NCBI GenBank assembly: GCA_964584305.1
Contig: CAZOZL010000004.1
Location: 258,616-322,615 of the forward strand
From: an uncultured Burkholderiales bacterium
GTDB taxonomy: Bacteria > Bacteroidota > Bacteroidia > UBA8524
DNA: 64,000 bases
Direction: 5' to 3'
The stretch's first letter is position 1, and each line of letters opens with the position of its first letter. A program made the position numbers and the translations under genes. The notes under the pieces were generated by a model, which searched no databases, was not told the DNA's origin, and saw nothing but the letters and a program-made list of their open reading frames with translations. Below, one piece after another: positions 9,383 to 18,200 of this stretch.

Positions 9383-10702
9383 CTATTCTGTCTTTCTTGC
9401 AACAGTCTTATTTCCTTTATCCAATAATTCTAAAACCTTTTGTGGGCTAATATTTTTATACGCCAAGCGCAAGCGTTTGTGGCATAAAAACCCTTGCGGT
9501 AAAGTTTCAATATTAAACTGACGGTTCAATACCCTACTACTTAGCCCAACAGTGTAGGGTATGCTATCTAATGTTTTCATAGCACTAATAGACTTGTAGT
9601 AGTTGCCATAGTTTAGTGTAACAATGTTTATACAATTACCATACTTGTGGTGTATTTGGCTAAGTATGGCAGTATCATTATCAAAATTTGGGTTATCAAA
9701 ATTATAGAAGTAGATATATAGTCCCTTACGTTTATATTTCTTTATTTTCTTTTTGGTTTTGCTATCGTGCAGGTAAAAAGTGAATTTAGGTATTTTTTTA
9801 CCTATTCGTAATGCTCGCTTTGATATGGCATTTTTATCCCAAAAGAATTTTATAAAATTCCCCGCAGGGTCAAATTCAGTTATTTTATATACTTTCTCAT
9901 TCCATTCAAATTCATTGTTTTTAATTCGTTCATCAATTGGGGTAGAGAAAACATCTAAAAATATGCTGTCGTTCTTTTTGGCAACAAAAATCTTATCATA
10001 CTCGGCACTATTATACAAACCATCGTAGTTACCATCATACAGCGCAATTCTAAATGTATCAGTACCATTTATATGGGTTGCGCCACGCATATTTATACGG
10101 TTTTCTTTAAAACTATAATCAATACCTGCAAATACTTTATTGCCTTGGTTGCTGCGATAATATTCATCCATCAAAAAACGATATTTAGTATCTTTATTAA
10201 GATTAAACCTACTTAAACGCACTGAATATTTTGCAGTAGGATATTTTGGATGTGTGAAATTAATATCAATATGGGGGGTGAAAGCAGTAAAAGTATCCGC
10301 CGCACCATCGTCAGTAAAATCAAGGTTGTTATTTCTATCCACATAAAAAATGGCGGGCTTCACCCATCGGCGATAATTGTTGACCAATACGGTAACATAG
10401 CCCCTGTTTATATTTGAGGGTGCGCCCGAGTAGTATATAAAACCATAGGCAGTATCTACGGCATCACTCATATCAGGAAATTTTTTGATAGAAAAAGTAC
10501 CTAAGGGTTTTTTATTTAGCACCCCAAACTTTTCATATTCTTCAATAGCAGTAGAGTGATATCTAAATAGCGGAAATATGAGCTTACTTTTAAAATAACG
10601 CTCGTCGTAGGCTTTTTCATCAAAGCTAACCTGTACAATATTTTGCCCAAACTGAAGTAGGGGAACTATAAGAAAAACGAGTAGTAGCAGTTTTTTAATC
10701 AT
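9383..10702 (-). CDS. Hypothetical secreted protein
   Basis: Signal peptide MIKKLLLLVFLIVPLLQFGQN from the internal Met at 10702. No recognised domain. Confidence 0.5.
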   Translation of the reverse strand: MIKKLLLLVFLIVPLLQFGQNIVQVSFDEKAYDERYFKSKLIFPLFRYHSTAIEEYEKFGVLNKKPLGTFSIKKFPDMSDAVDTAYGFIYYSGAPSNINRGYVTVLVNNYRRWVKPAIFYVDRNNNLDFTDDGAADTFTAFTPHIDINFTHPKYPTAKYSVRLSRFNLNKDTKYRFLMDEYYRSNQGNKVFAGIDYSFKENRINMRGATHINGTDTFRIALYDGNYDGLYNSAEYDKIFVAKKNDSIFLDVFSTPIDERIKNNEFEWNEKVYKITEFDPAGNFIKFFWDKNAISKRALRIGKKIPKFTFYLHDSKTKKKIKKYKRKGLYIYFYNFDNPNFDNDTAILSQIHHKYGNCINIVTLNYGNYYKSISAMKTLDSIPYTVGLSSRVLNRQFNIETLPQGFLCHKRLRLAYKNISPQKVLELLDKGNKTVARKTE

Positions 10703-10842
10703 CAGCACAAATGTATAAAAGGGATTACAAAGCAAAAACTTTACCTAAAGTACAACTGTTAATAAACTATTAACAACATTTAACTTGTTTGTAATCAATA
10801 ATTTCTATATTTGATATTATAAACCTTAAACAAATTACTATT

Positions 10843-11205
10843 ATGATGACTGCAAAAATTGGACGATTTCTTTATGCTATCCCAATGGCTATTTTTGGGA
10901 TATTTCACCTGATTGGTGCTGATAATATGAAAGGCATGGTACCCGACTTTATACCTGGTGATGTTTTTTGGGTGTACCTAACAGGGCTAGCTCTTTTGGC
11001 AGCATCTATTAGCATTATTATTAAAAAGTATGATAAAATAGCCACTTTGTTGTTAGCTATAATGTTATTAATATTTGTGCTAACAGTACATTTACCCAGT
11101 GCAATGAGCGATAATGAATTGATTGCACAAATGGGCATGGGAAATGCATTAAGAGACTCGGCAATTGCAGCAGGAGCGTTCCTTTTACGCCCATCTGATG
11201 ATTAG
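10843..11205 (+). CDS. DoxX family membrane protein
   Basis: 120 aa, four predicted transmembrane helices, DoxX-like pattern. Confidence 0.6.
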   Translation: MMTAKIGRFLYAIPMAIFGIFHLIGADNMKGMVPDFIPGDVFWVYLTGLALLAASISIIIKKYDKIATLLLAIMLLIFVLTVHLPSAMSDNELIAQMGMGNALRDSAIAAGAFLLRPSDD

Positions 11206-11317
11206 TAAACACATATAGTAATATAAAATAATGAGGCATATTTATATACTTTTTTTTGAAATTAATTTTATATTACATAGCTTCGTTGTATAAATAATAA
11301 TGTAAACAAACTATTTT

Positions 11318-12169
11318 ATGAAAAAGATTTTTCTTTCACTTATCGTTCTAACTCTTGCTTTTGCAGGCTGTAAAAAGAATGAAGACACTACACCCACTGG
11401 CGGTGGAGCTGGGGGCGGTGATGTGGGTATTACCGTTGAAGAAACTAATACCGCTATGGTAGTAAAGCATACTGGAAGCCGTTGCCCGCCTTGTGGTGCA
11501 TGGGGTTGGACTGCAAACGAAGATATAATTAGTACTAACAAAGGTTCAGCTGCATTTATAAGTGCTTATGGTCAAAACTTTGTAGCGAAGTTATTTATTA
11601 ACTCAACAGCTACTGCTTTGCAAACGCACACTGGAGCTTCAGGTTACCCAACATGGAGTGCTAACGGCGTAGCCCAGCTTGACCGTGCTGGTGGTGGAGT
11701 TAATGTAAATGGTGAGAAAGCAAAAGTAGAGCAAGTTGTAAAAGATCATAAAGCGGCAAAAGTTGTTGCTAATACAGGTTTTACTACATCTGTGACAGGT
11801 GATGTATTAACTATAGATACTAGAACTAAATTCTTTGCAGAAGCTAAAGGTCAATATAACATAGCCGTTTATGTATTAGAAGATGGTGTAATGGGCGCGC
11901 AAAGTGGGCATCCATCTGGAAGTAGTACTCCAGTAGCACATCACCACGTAATAAGAGGTACTGCTATGGCAGAAGGTTCTACATCAGTTGATGCATTATC
12001 AGGTATGAAAATAACTGAAGGTACAACTGCAGCAGGAACTACTTTCGATAAAAAATTTACTTTTGATATAGCTGGTTTCGATAAATCAAACATAGAAGTA
12101 GTAGTAGTAGTATGGAAAAAAGACTTAGGAAGTCTTGATTTTGTAAACTCTAGTACCGACCAAAAATAA
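11318..12169 (+). CDS. Hypothetical lipoprotein
   Basis: Lipobox LAFAGCKK followed by a Gly/Thr-rich linker (TPTGGGAGGGD). Secreted. Confidence 0.55.
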   Translation: MKKIFLSLIVLTLAFAGCKKNEDTTPTGGGAGGGDVGITVEETNTAMVVKHTGSRCPPCGAWGWTANEDIISTNKGSAAFISAYGQNFVAKLFINSTATALQTHTGASGYPTWSANGVAQLDRAGGGVNVNGEKAKVEQVVKDHKAAKVVANTGFTTSVTGDVLTIDTRTKFFAEAKGQYNIAVYVLEDGVMGAQSGHPSGSSTPVAHHHVIRGTAMAEGSTSVDALSGMKITEGTTAAGTTFDKKFTFDIAGFDKSNIEVVVVVWKKDLGSLDFVNSSTDQK

Positions 12170-12302
12170 TATTGTTTAATTACAATACTTTAAGCCCCTA
12201 AAGCATATGCTTTAGGGGTTTTTTTATTAAATATTAGTGTGTATAGATGCAGCATTTTGCTAATTAGTACTGTCAAAATATAAAAAAGAAACATAAACCC
12301 AA

Positions 12303-12875
12303 GTGATAAGCTTGCAAGAAGAGGAACTGATAGATGGTTGTATAGCGGGAAAACGCTCTGCACAAAACCAACTCTTTGATAAGTACTCTCCAAAAATGTT
12401 AGGAGTGTGTTATAGGTATGCACAAACAAAACACGATGCAGAGGATATAATGCAAGATGGTTTTGTAAAGGTTTTTAAAAACCTAAAAAAGTTTAGAAGA
12501 GAAGCAGCATTAGAAACGTGGATAAAACGGATAATGATTAATACAGCACTAAACTTTTTAAAAGCAACAGAAAAATTACGTATGGAGGCAGATATAACCG
12601 TTGCCGAAAATAGTGTCGATTTCTCAACCAACCAGTGGAATAGTATTGATACAGAGGTATTAATGCAATGTGTACATAGCCTACCAGCAGGGTATCGTAT
12701 AGTGCTAAATATGTTTGCTATTGAAGGCTACTCGCACAAAGAGATAGCGAAACAGTTAAACATTACAGAGAGTACCTCACGCTCACAGTTTGCAAGGGCA
12801 AAAGGAGTTTTGAGGAAAAAAATAGAAGCAATTAACAATTTTGACCAACAATATGAAAGAAGAAGAGTTCAATGA
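12303..12875 (+). CDS. RNA polymerase sigma-70 factor, ECF subfamily
   Basis: GTG start. Regions 2 and 4 of ECF sigma factors are present (QDGFVKVF, LPAGYRIVLNMFAIEGYSHKEIAKQLNITESTSRSQFARAK). Confidence 0.85.
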   Translation: MISLQEEELIDGCIAGKRSAQNQLFDKYSPKMLGVCYRYAQTKHDAEDIMQDGFVKVFKNLKKFRREAALETWIKRIMINTALNFLKATEKLRMEADITVAENSVDFSTNQWNSIDTEVLMQCVHSLPAGYRIVLNMFAIEGYSHKEIAKQLNITESTSRSQFARAKGVLRKKIEAINNFDQQYERRRVQ

Positions 12876-14259
12876 TTTTTTGCGAAATCGTGCTGACTCT
12901 TTCGAACTGAAACCGTCTTCAGGTTCGTTTGATGCTGCTGTAAGCAAAATAACAAATAACAATAAAAAGAGAAGAGTACTTTTTGTACTTCCATTTTTGG
13001 TAGTGGCATTAGGTACCGCCATTTTTTACTATTCAAATAGTACAGAAGCTATACCCAATACCATAGTAGCACAATTGCAAAACAATGATAGCCAAGCACA
13101 AAGCACAATTAAACAAATACCCAAAACACAAGCAACTGCAAACATCAATGAGCAGGAGAATAAAAGTTTGACTATGGGTGCATTATCAAACCATAAAAAC
13201 CATAAAAAACATAATGTAACAGCCAGTACCAATACTTTGCAGGTGAATAGTAAGCGTAAAGCTAATACTTTTGAAACAGGGAATACTAATACTACAATAA
13301 CCACCAACACCAGTAAGCATAAAGAGCCACTAAAAGCTAAAAAAGACCAACAACAAACTAAAACAACAAGTAAGGATAAAAAAATAAGCGATGTAGATGA
13401 TAAGGCAGCAATAGAAATGGAAAGTGCGGCTATAAAAAATAAAACAAAGCCTAAAAGCAGTACTTCTAATAAAGAAAGTATGGAGAATAACAAGCACACT
13501 ATAAGTACTTGCAATAATAAAAAATGGGCTATAAGAGCTTATATTAATCCTTTTACTGCTCAAGGTACATATAATGGAGAAAATAGTAGGGGGGGACAAA
13601 ACCTTTCACTTGGGATAAACCAAAATGAGAATTTTATTGAAGAAACCCTAAATAATGGAATAAACGTAGGTATTAATATAGAAAGAAAACTATCCAAACG
13701 TTGGAGTTTAGGACTTGGTTTGGCGTATTCTAAATGGGATTTAGATGTATCTGACTGGACTAATGAGTTTATAAAAGATTCCGTAGCAAACTATCGCTTT
13801 GATACTAGCATAAACCAAGTATATATATCAGGCTATACTATAACGCAAAAAAAAGAGTTAATGGATAGTAATGTAACCAATGTGTCCTTTCAAAGCCTAC
13901 AAATACCTATTTATCTAAATTTTGAATTAATTAATAAAAAAAGGTTTAGCTTTGATATGCAATTGGGGATAGTAGCGACAACTATTTTTAAAGTTACTCA
14001 TGTACCTACAAGAAATATAGTCTTTAACCAAAATACTGTTAGTACAACAAACAAAAGAAATAGGTTTTATGAGTATAGAGGTTCTAATATTAACCTTAGT
14101 GCTGGTTTAATGGCACACTATACTATTGGCAAGTGCTGGGGAGTGTATGGTGGACCTAATTTGGGCGTATCTCTATTGTCGATACAATTAAAGGAGAGTG
14201 GTATTAGTCAGAAGCCAATTTTTTTGGGTTTTGAGACTGGACTTAGATTTAAATTTTAA
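12853..14259 (+). CDS. Putative anti-sigma factor: membrane protein with a T/N/K-rich low-complexity periplasmic linker and a C-terminal beta-barrel-like domain
   Basis: Overlaps the end of the ECF sigma gene. Short cytoplasmic N-terminus, one transmembrane helix (VLFVLPFLVVALGTAIFYY), about 170 aa of low complexity, then a C-terminal region with alternating hydrophobic beta-strand patterning. Confidence 0.55.
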   Translation: MKEEEFNDFLRNRADSFELKPSSGSFDAAVSKITNNNKKRRVLFVLPFLVVALGTAIFYYSNSTEAIPNTIVAQLQNNDSQAQSTIKQIPKTQATANINEQENKSLTMGALSNHKNHKKHNVTASTNTLQVNSKRKANTFETGNTNTTITTNTSKHKEPLKAKKDQQQTKTTSKDKKISDVDDKAAIEMESAAIKNKTKPKSSTSNKESMENNKHTISTCNNKKWAIRAYINPFTAQGTYNGENSRGGQNLSLGINQNENFIEETLNNGINVGINIERKLSKRWSLGLGLAYSKWDLDVSDWTNEFIKDSVANYRFDTSINQVYISGYTITQKKELMDSNVTNVSFQSLQIPIYLNFELINKKRFSFDMQLGIVATTIFKVTHVPTRNIVFNQNTVSTTNKRNRFYEYRGSNINLSAGLMAHYTIGKCWGVYGGPNLGVSLLSIQLKESGISQKPIFLGFETGLRFKF

Positions 14260-14307
14260 AAAGTTAAAGTATATACATTGAATCTATTTGAAAACTAAAA
14301 ATAAATT

Positions 14308-14745
14308 ATGAAAGCAACCAAATTATCTATCGGTAAAGTAGCTACGTTATTACTAATTGTAGCTTTATCTTTTACAGCTTGTAAAAAAGGCAAGCAAACG
14401 CCACCACTAAAAGTATGTGAAAACACTGCAAACTTTGTTTTAACCGAAAATGCCGATGGGCAGTATGGCAAATACATTATACGGTTAACAAATGGAGCTT
14501 ATGTGTTTCCTTGTACTGTTGAAGATAATACCTTTAACAAAGAAATGATTTACGATGGAATGCCCATCACATTATCTTACCAGATAATAGATGAAGGAAA
14601 GGAAGTCTGCAAAAGACTTAACCAAGAAAATGATATTGTTTTGTCCAATAGGAGGCGTATGAATAGTAAGCCGCAAGGGGCAAAAATTACCTGTATTTCT
14701 GGTGTTGAAGAAGAGGAGGAAGAAGATGTTTGCCTTTTAGAGTAG
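14308..14745 (+). CDS. Hypothetical lipoprotein with acidic C-tail
   Basis: Lipobox SFTACKKG. C-terminal EEEEEDV. Confidence 0.5.
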   Translation: MKATKLSIGKVATLLLIVALSFTACKKGKQTPPLKVCENTANFVLTENADGQYGKYIIRLTNGAYVFPCTVEDNTFNKEMIYDGMPITLSYQIIDEGKEVCKRLNQENDIVLSNRRRMNSKPQGAKITCISGVEEEEEEDVCLLE

Positions 14746-14946
14746 AATATAGTAAAATTTACTACTGATATACTGAACAATCCCGTAGCTATGCTATGGG
14801 ATTGTTCTATTTTAGATACTTTGATAATACAAATTGAATGACGATTATGGACGCACTAATTTTTAAAATAAATTAACCTTTTCCCAACCTATTTAATTTT
14901 TGTTACGTATTAAATTATAGAAACCAAATACTATAAAAAATATATT

Positions 14947-15150
14947 ATGAAAAACATTTTTTTAAAATCAACTAAACAAATACTATTTGTAGCTGTATTA
15001 GCAGCAGGGCTATCTTTTGCCTCATGTAAATTAGATCCTCCTACTGGACCAGGTAGAGGTGGAAATGGTGGTGGAAACGGTGGCGGTAGAGACACTACTA
15101 GGCATGGTGGAAACGGTGGTGGACGCGGTGGAAATGGTGGCGGAAATTAA
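14947..15150 (+). CDS. Small Gly/Asn-rich lipoprotein (GGNGGG repeats)
   Basis: 67 aa. Signal peptide with lipobox LSFASCK, then a PTGPGRGGNGGGNGGGRDTTRHGGNGGGRGGNGGGN tail. A rho-independent terminator follows immediately. Confidence 0.5.
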   Translation: MKNIFLKSTKQILFVAVLAAGLSFASCKLDPPTGPGRGGNGGGNGGGRDTTRHGGNGGGRGGNGGGN

Positions 15151-15187
15151 CCACGTTAACCATATAAGACTATAATTAATATTTTTA

Positions 15188-15219
15188 AAAAGGGTCGATG
15201 AAAATCGACCCTTTTTTTA
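15188..15219 (+). terminator. Rho-independent terminator
   Basis: AGGGTCGAT-gaaa-ATCGACCCT stem followed by TTTTTTT. Confidence 0.75.
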
Positions 15220-15465
15220 TGTAATAATTTTTGGCTTACTATGTCAAATTTATGGTGAAATAAAAGGAATGAACTATTCAGGCTATGAAAACAATTAAAT
15301 TATCATATACAACGACACCTACTGCAGTGCTTCTTTAATATCAATTCAATATAAGTTTTTGAGATTGCTTGCTTCCTCAAGCATCCCTAATTTTCAATGG
15401 CACGGGATAGTTTATCCAAACGCATGGCTGGGTAGAAACAAGATACTTCACTTTAAACTACATAG

Positions 15466-15945
15466 CTACTTTACTGCTACTATACTAATTTCGATATTAG
15501 CATTTTTGGGCAAGCAGCTAACTTGTACGGTTTCACGGGCAGGGAAATCTTTTTCAAAAAAACTTGCATATACCTCGTTTATACGGCTAAACTGTTTCAT
15601 ATCACTAATAAAAATACTGGTTTTTACTATATGGGTATAGTTCATACCAGCGGCGTTTAGTACTGCACCCACATTATCCATTACTTTTTTTGTTTCTACC
15701 TCTATACCGTCTTGCACCATTGCGCCCGTTTGTGGGTCAATGGCAATTTGCCCGCTACTATACAGTGTATTGCCCACCAATATCGCTTGGTTGTATGGAC
15801 CTATGGGTTGTGGAGCATTAGGGATAACAATTATTTTCTTTTCCATTGTGTGGGTATTAGTTTTGTATTTTTTATTTGTAGTACATGAAAATAGGAATAA
15901 CAGGGTCGCAAAATAGAATAGATGAGTTAAAAGAGAAAACTTCAT
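15466..15945 (-). CDS. RidA family protein (YjgF/TdcF/L-PSP enamine deaminase), possibly with an N-terminal lipoprotein signal
   Basis: The core RidA domain runs from MEKKIIVIPNAPQPIGPYNQA (alternative start 15846). An upstream in-frame extension, MKFSLLTHLFYFATLLFLFSCTTNKK, looks like a lipoprotein signal peptide. Which start is used is uncertain. Confidence 0.6.
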   Translation of the reverse strand: MKFSLLTHLFYFATLLFLFSCTTNKKYKTNTHTMEKKIIVIPNAPQPIGPYNQAILVGNTLYSSGQIAIDPQTGAMVQDGIEVETKKVMDNVGAVLNAAGMNYTHIVKTSIFISDMKQFSRINEVYASFFEKDFPARETVQVSCLPKNANIEISIVAVK

Positions 15946-16544
15946 CGGCAGCAAATTTGCTCAAAATCAAAGATACTGATTTAGAACAAATTGCTTCAAT
16001 GGGTTTTGATGCCTTTATAGATTTAAATTTTGATGATAACCAGCATCATCTAAGCCATTATTTGCCGCTTAGTATCCCTATATTGTTAAACACTGTAAAA
16101 ACTCAACTATCAAAGGAGTTAGCGGGCAAAAAAAACACTGCACCCATTTTTGGTATAAATGCTTTACCCACTTTTATTAATCGTAATTTATTAGAAGCGT
16201 GTTTTTATAATGAGACAGAGAAACCCCAACTTGAGAGCCTTGCTCAAAAACTGGGATGGGAATGCAAATGGGTGGGCGATAGGGTGGGAATGGTAACCCC
16301 CCGCATAATTTTTATGATTATTAATGAGGCATACTTCACTGTGCAAGAAGGTACAGCTACCAAAGTCGATATTGATACAGGCATGAAATTAGGCACAAAC
16401 TACCCGCAAGGACCTTTTGAATGGAGCGAAAAAGTGGGCTTAAAAGATGTTTTTGAAGTATTAGAAGCTGTTTACCAAGATACACATGACGAGCGATATA
16501 AAATTTGCCCCTTGCTAAAAACAGAGTATTATAAAAGCATTTAG
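15885..16544 (+). CDS. 3-hydroxyacyl-CoA dehydrogenase family protein with degenerate N-terminal domain
   Basis: The C-terminal half matches the 3HCDH C-terminal domain (PRIIFMIINEAYFTVQEGTATKVDIDTGMKLGTNYPQGPFEWSEKVGLKDV). The N-terminal part lacks a clean GxGxxG motif. Confidence 0.55.
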   Translation: MKIGITGSQNRIDELKEKTSSAANLLKIKDTDLEQIASMGFDAFIDLNFDDNQHHLSHYLPLSIPILLNTVKTQLSKELAGKKNTAPIFGINALPTFINRNLLEACFYNETEKPQLESLAQKLGWECKWVGDRVGMVTPRIIFMIINEAYFTVQEGTATKVDIDTGMKLGTNYPQGPFEWSEKVGLKDVFEVLEAVYQDTHDERYKICPLLKTEYYKSI

Positions 16545-16674
16545 TTTAAATAACTTAATTACTTTATTACAAGTTTAAAGGAGGCTAAGAACCTTTGTGT
16601 AAAGGCAATAAAAGAAGTTTTTTGGGGCAACACATTGTGCTAATGTTCTCTTTTTTATAGTAAAACTATAGTAT

Positions 16675-17382
16675 TTACTTTCTTTTAGGAGTATATAATA
16701 TACCTAATCTAAAATCAAAAAGATTTATATCCAGCCCAAATGATGCATTTCTTTTCGGTGCTTCTATATTAACAAAATGGGGTATTGCACTTTGAGTAAA
16801 ATATAGATTACCTACATTAACCATAAGCTGCCACTTGGGAGTAATGTTTACATATATTCCAGTATTTATATCTACTGAAAAAAGCCTCACAGGGTATCTT
16901 CGTCGCACATTAGAGAGTACCGTATCATTTACTGATGAGAAGTTTAGCTCGCTTGCCCAAGTGTTGCCCAGCATTATTTGTCCTTGTGCAAAAAAACCAA
17001 TAATATTTTTCTCGTTCACCTTAAAATACCGCCTTACTCCAATGCCCGCTTGCACCGTAAAAAACGAAGAAAAACTTTGCCTTTCAGTGCTATTGGTAAA
17101 ATTATCTATCACCACATCTTTATTATTACTTGTATAACGCAAATCAGCAATACCATACAGGTAGGTATGTTTAGAAATAAATTTGCCGCCTATTATACTG
17201 GTATTAAAAACATTCGAGCTTTCATCAGCAAAATCTGTTGTAGAACGACTTATGCTATTGCGTGAGTTAATAAAAGAAAACTCGCCCCCAAAACCCCACT
17301 GCCCTTTTTGGTACTGTGCATTAGTAGTAGCAAAGGCTAATACTAATACAATAAATAGTATATTTTTCTTATTTTTCATCAT
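16675..17382 (-). CDS. Outer-membrane beta-barrel protein (porin-like)
   Basis: Signal peptide MMKNKKNILFIVLVLAFATTNAQ. Alternating amphipathic strands. Ends in an aromatic residue-rich C-terminus. Confidence 0.55.
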   Translation of the reverse strand: MMKNKKNILFIVLVLAFATTNAQYQKGQWGFGGEFSFINSRNSISRSTTDFADESSNVFNTSIIGGKFISKHTYLYGIADLRYTSNNKDVVIDNFTNSTERQSFSSFFTVQAGIGVRRYFKVNEKNIIGFFAQGQIMLGNTWASELNFSSVNDTVLSNVRRRYPVRLFSVDINTGIYVNITPKWQLMVNVGNLYFTQSAIPHFVNIEAPKRNASFGLDINLFDFRLGILYTPKRK

Positions 17383-18100
17383 CAGAAACTATTAAAAAAT
17401 TAACACCTATAAACAAGCCTTTTGCCATATTATTAAAGCTAATTTTATGCCCACGTTCTTTAGCATCAGGCTGGTTATTCCGTACTATTGTGTTATATGT
17501 GTATGTGTAGAGAATGGGATTAAAACCCACACTTATAGATAAATTAGGTTTAGCAAAATATTGTAACTGTGTTACCCAGCGTGTAGCTACAAAACGTTCT
17601 CGGCTTTGTTGTGGTTTATCGCTTTCAAACAAGACTGCGACTTGGCTACCACTAATAAATGTACCCCAATTGGGTTGTATGCTATTTACCCAATACAAAT
17701 TTGGGCGAATGGGATAATAGTAGCGCACAAAAAAACCAAATTCAAACTTTAGGTCAAATCTTTTCCTTTCAATACTTTGAGACTGTCCTGCACTATTTTG
17801 TAAAGTAAAAATAGATGTTTTCCCTTCATACTCCATCAGTGTATAAAAACCACCTTCCCATCTTTTACTAAAAAAAGCACCCACCTGCGGTGCTAATCTA
17901 AAAAAGTTTTTTGTTTCAATACCATTTGCAGGAGTAGAAGGCAGTTGCCCGCGTTGCCTGTTAAACGATAAGCTACCACCCAGCATAAAATCACCAGTTT
18001 TTGGCTGCGCTTTCACCACCAGTGATACAACTACCAATAAAGCCAGTATGCTAAGTCTAAGTAAGGGGATTTTTCTTTGATTATCCATATTGTCCTTCAT
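17369..18100 (-). CDS. Outer-membrane beta-barrel protein
   Basis: Signal peptide ...LALLVVVSLVVKAQ. Beta-strand patterning. Overlaps the previous OMP gene by 14 nt, so the two are probably one operon. Confidence 0.5.
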   Translation of the reverse strand: MKDNMDNQRKIPLLRLSILALLVVVSLVVKAQPKTGDFMLGGSLSFNRQRGQLPSTPANGIETKNFFRLAPQVGAFFSKRWEGGFYTLMEYEGKTSIFTLQNSAGQSQSIERKRFDLKFEFGFFVRYYYPIRPNLYWVNSIQPNWGTFISGSQVAVLFESDKPQQSRERFVATRWVTQLQYFAKPNLSISVGFNPILYTYTYNTIVRNNQPDAKERGHKISFNNMAKGLFIGVNFLIVSDDEK

Positions 18101-18200
18101 TTTTTTTGCACGGATAAAATGAGCTTATTTTTTACTGTTAAGCATTATAAAAAAGCGATTGCTTTTTTATAACTTACACCTCCTTTTAAGCCACATCCTT

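Noticed and set aside
18159-18200. ORF-track start of the alpha-2-macroglobulin at 18159
   Set aside because: The internal Met at 18201 gives a canonical lipoprotein signal (…AMLTSC). The 14 upstream codons add an atypical N-terminus.
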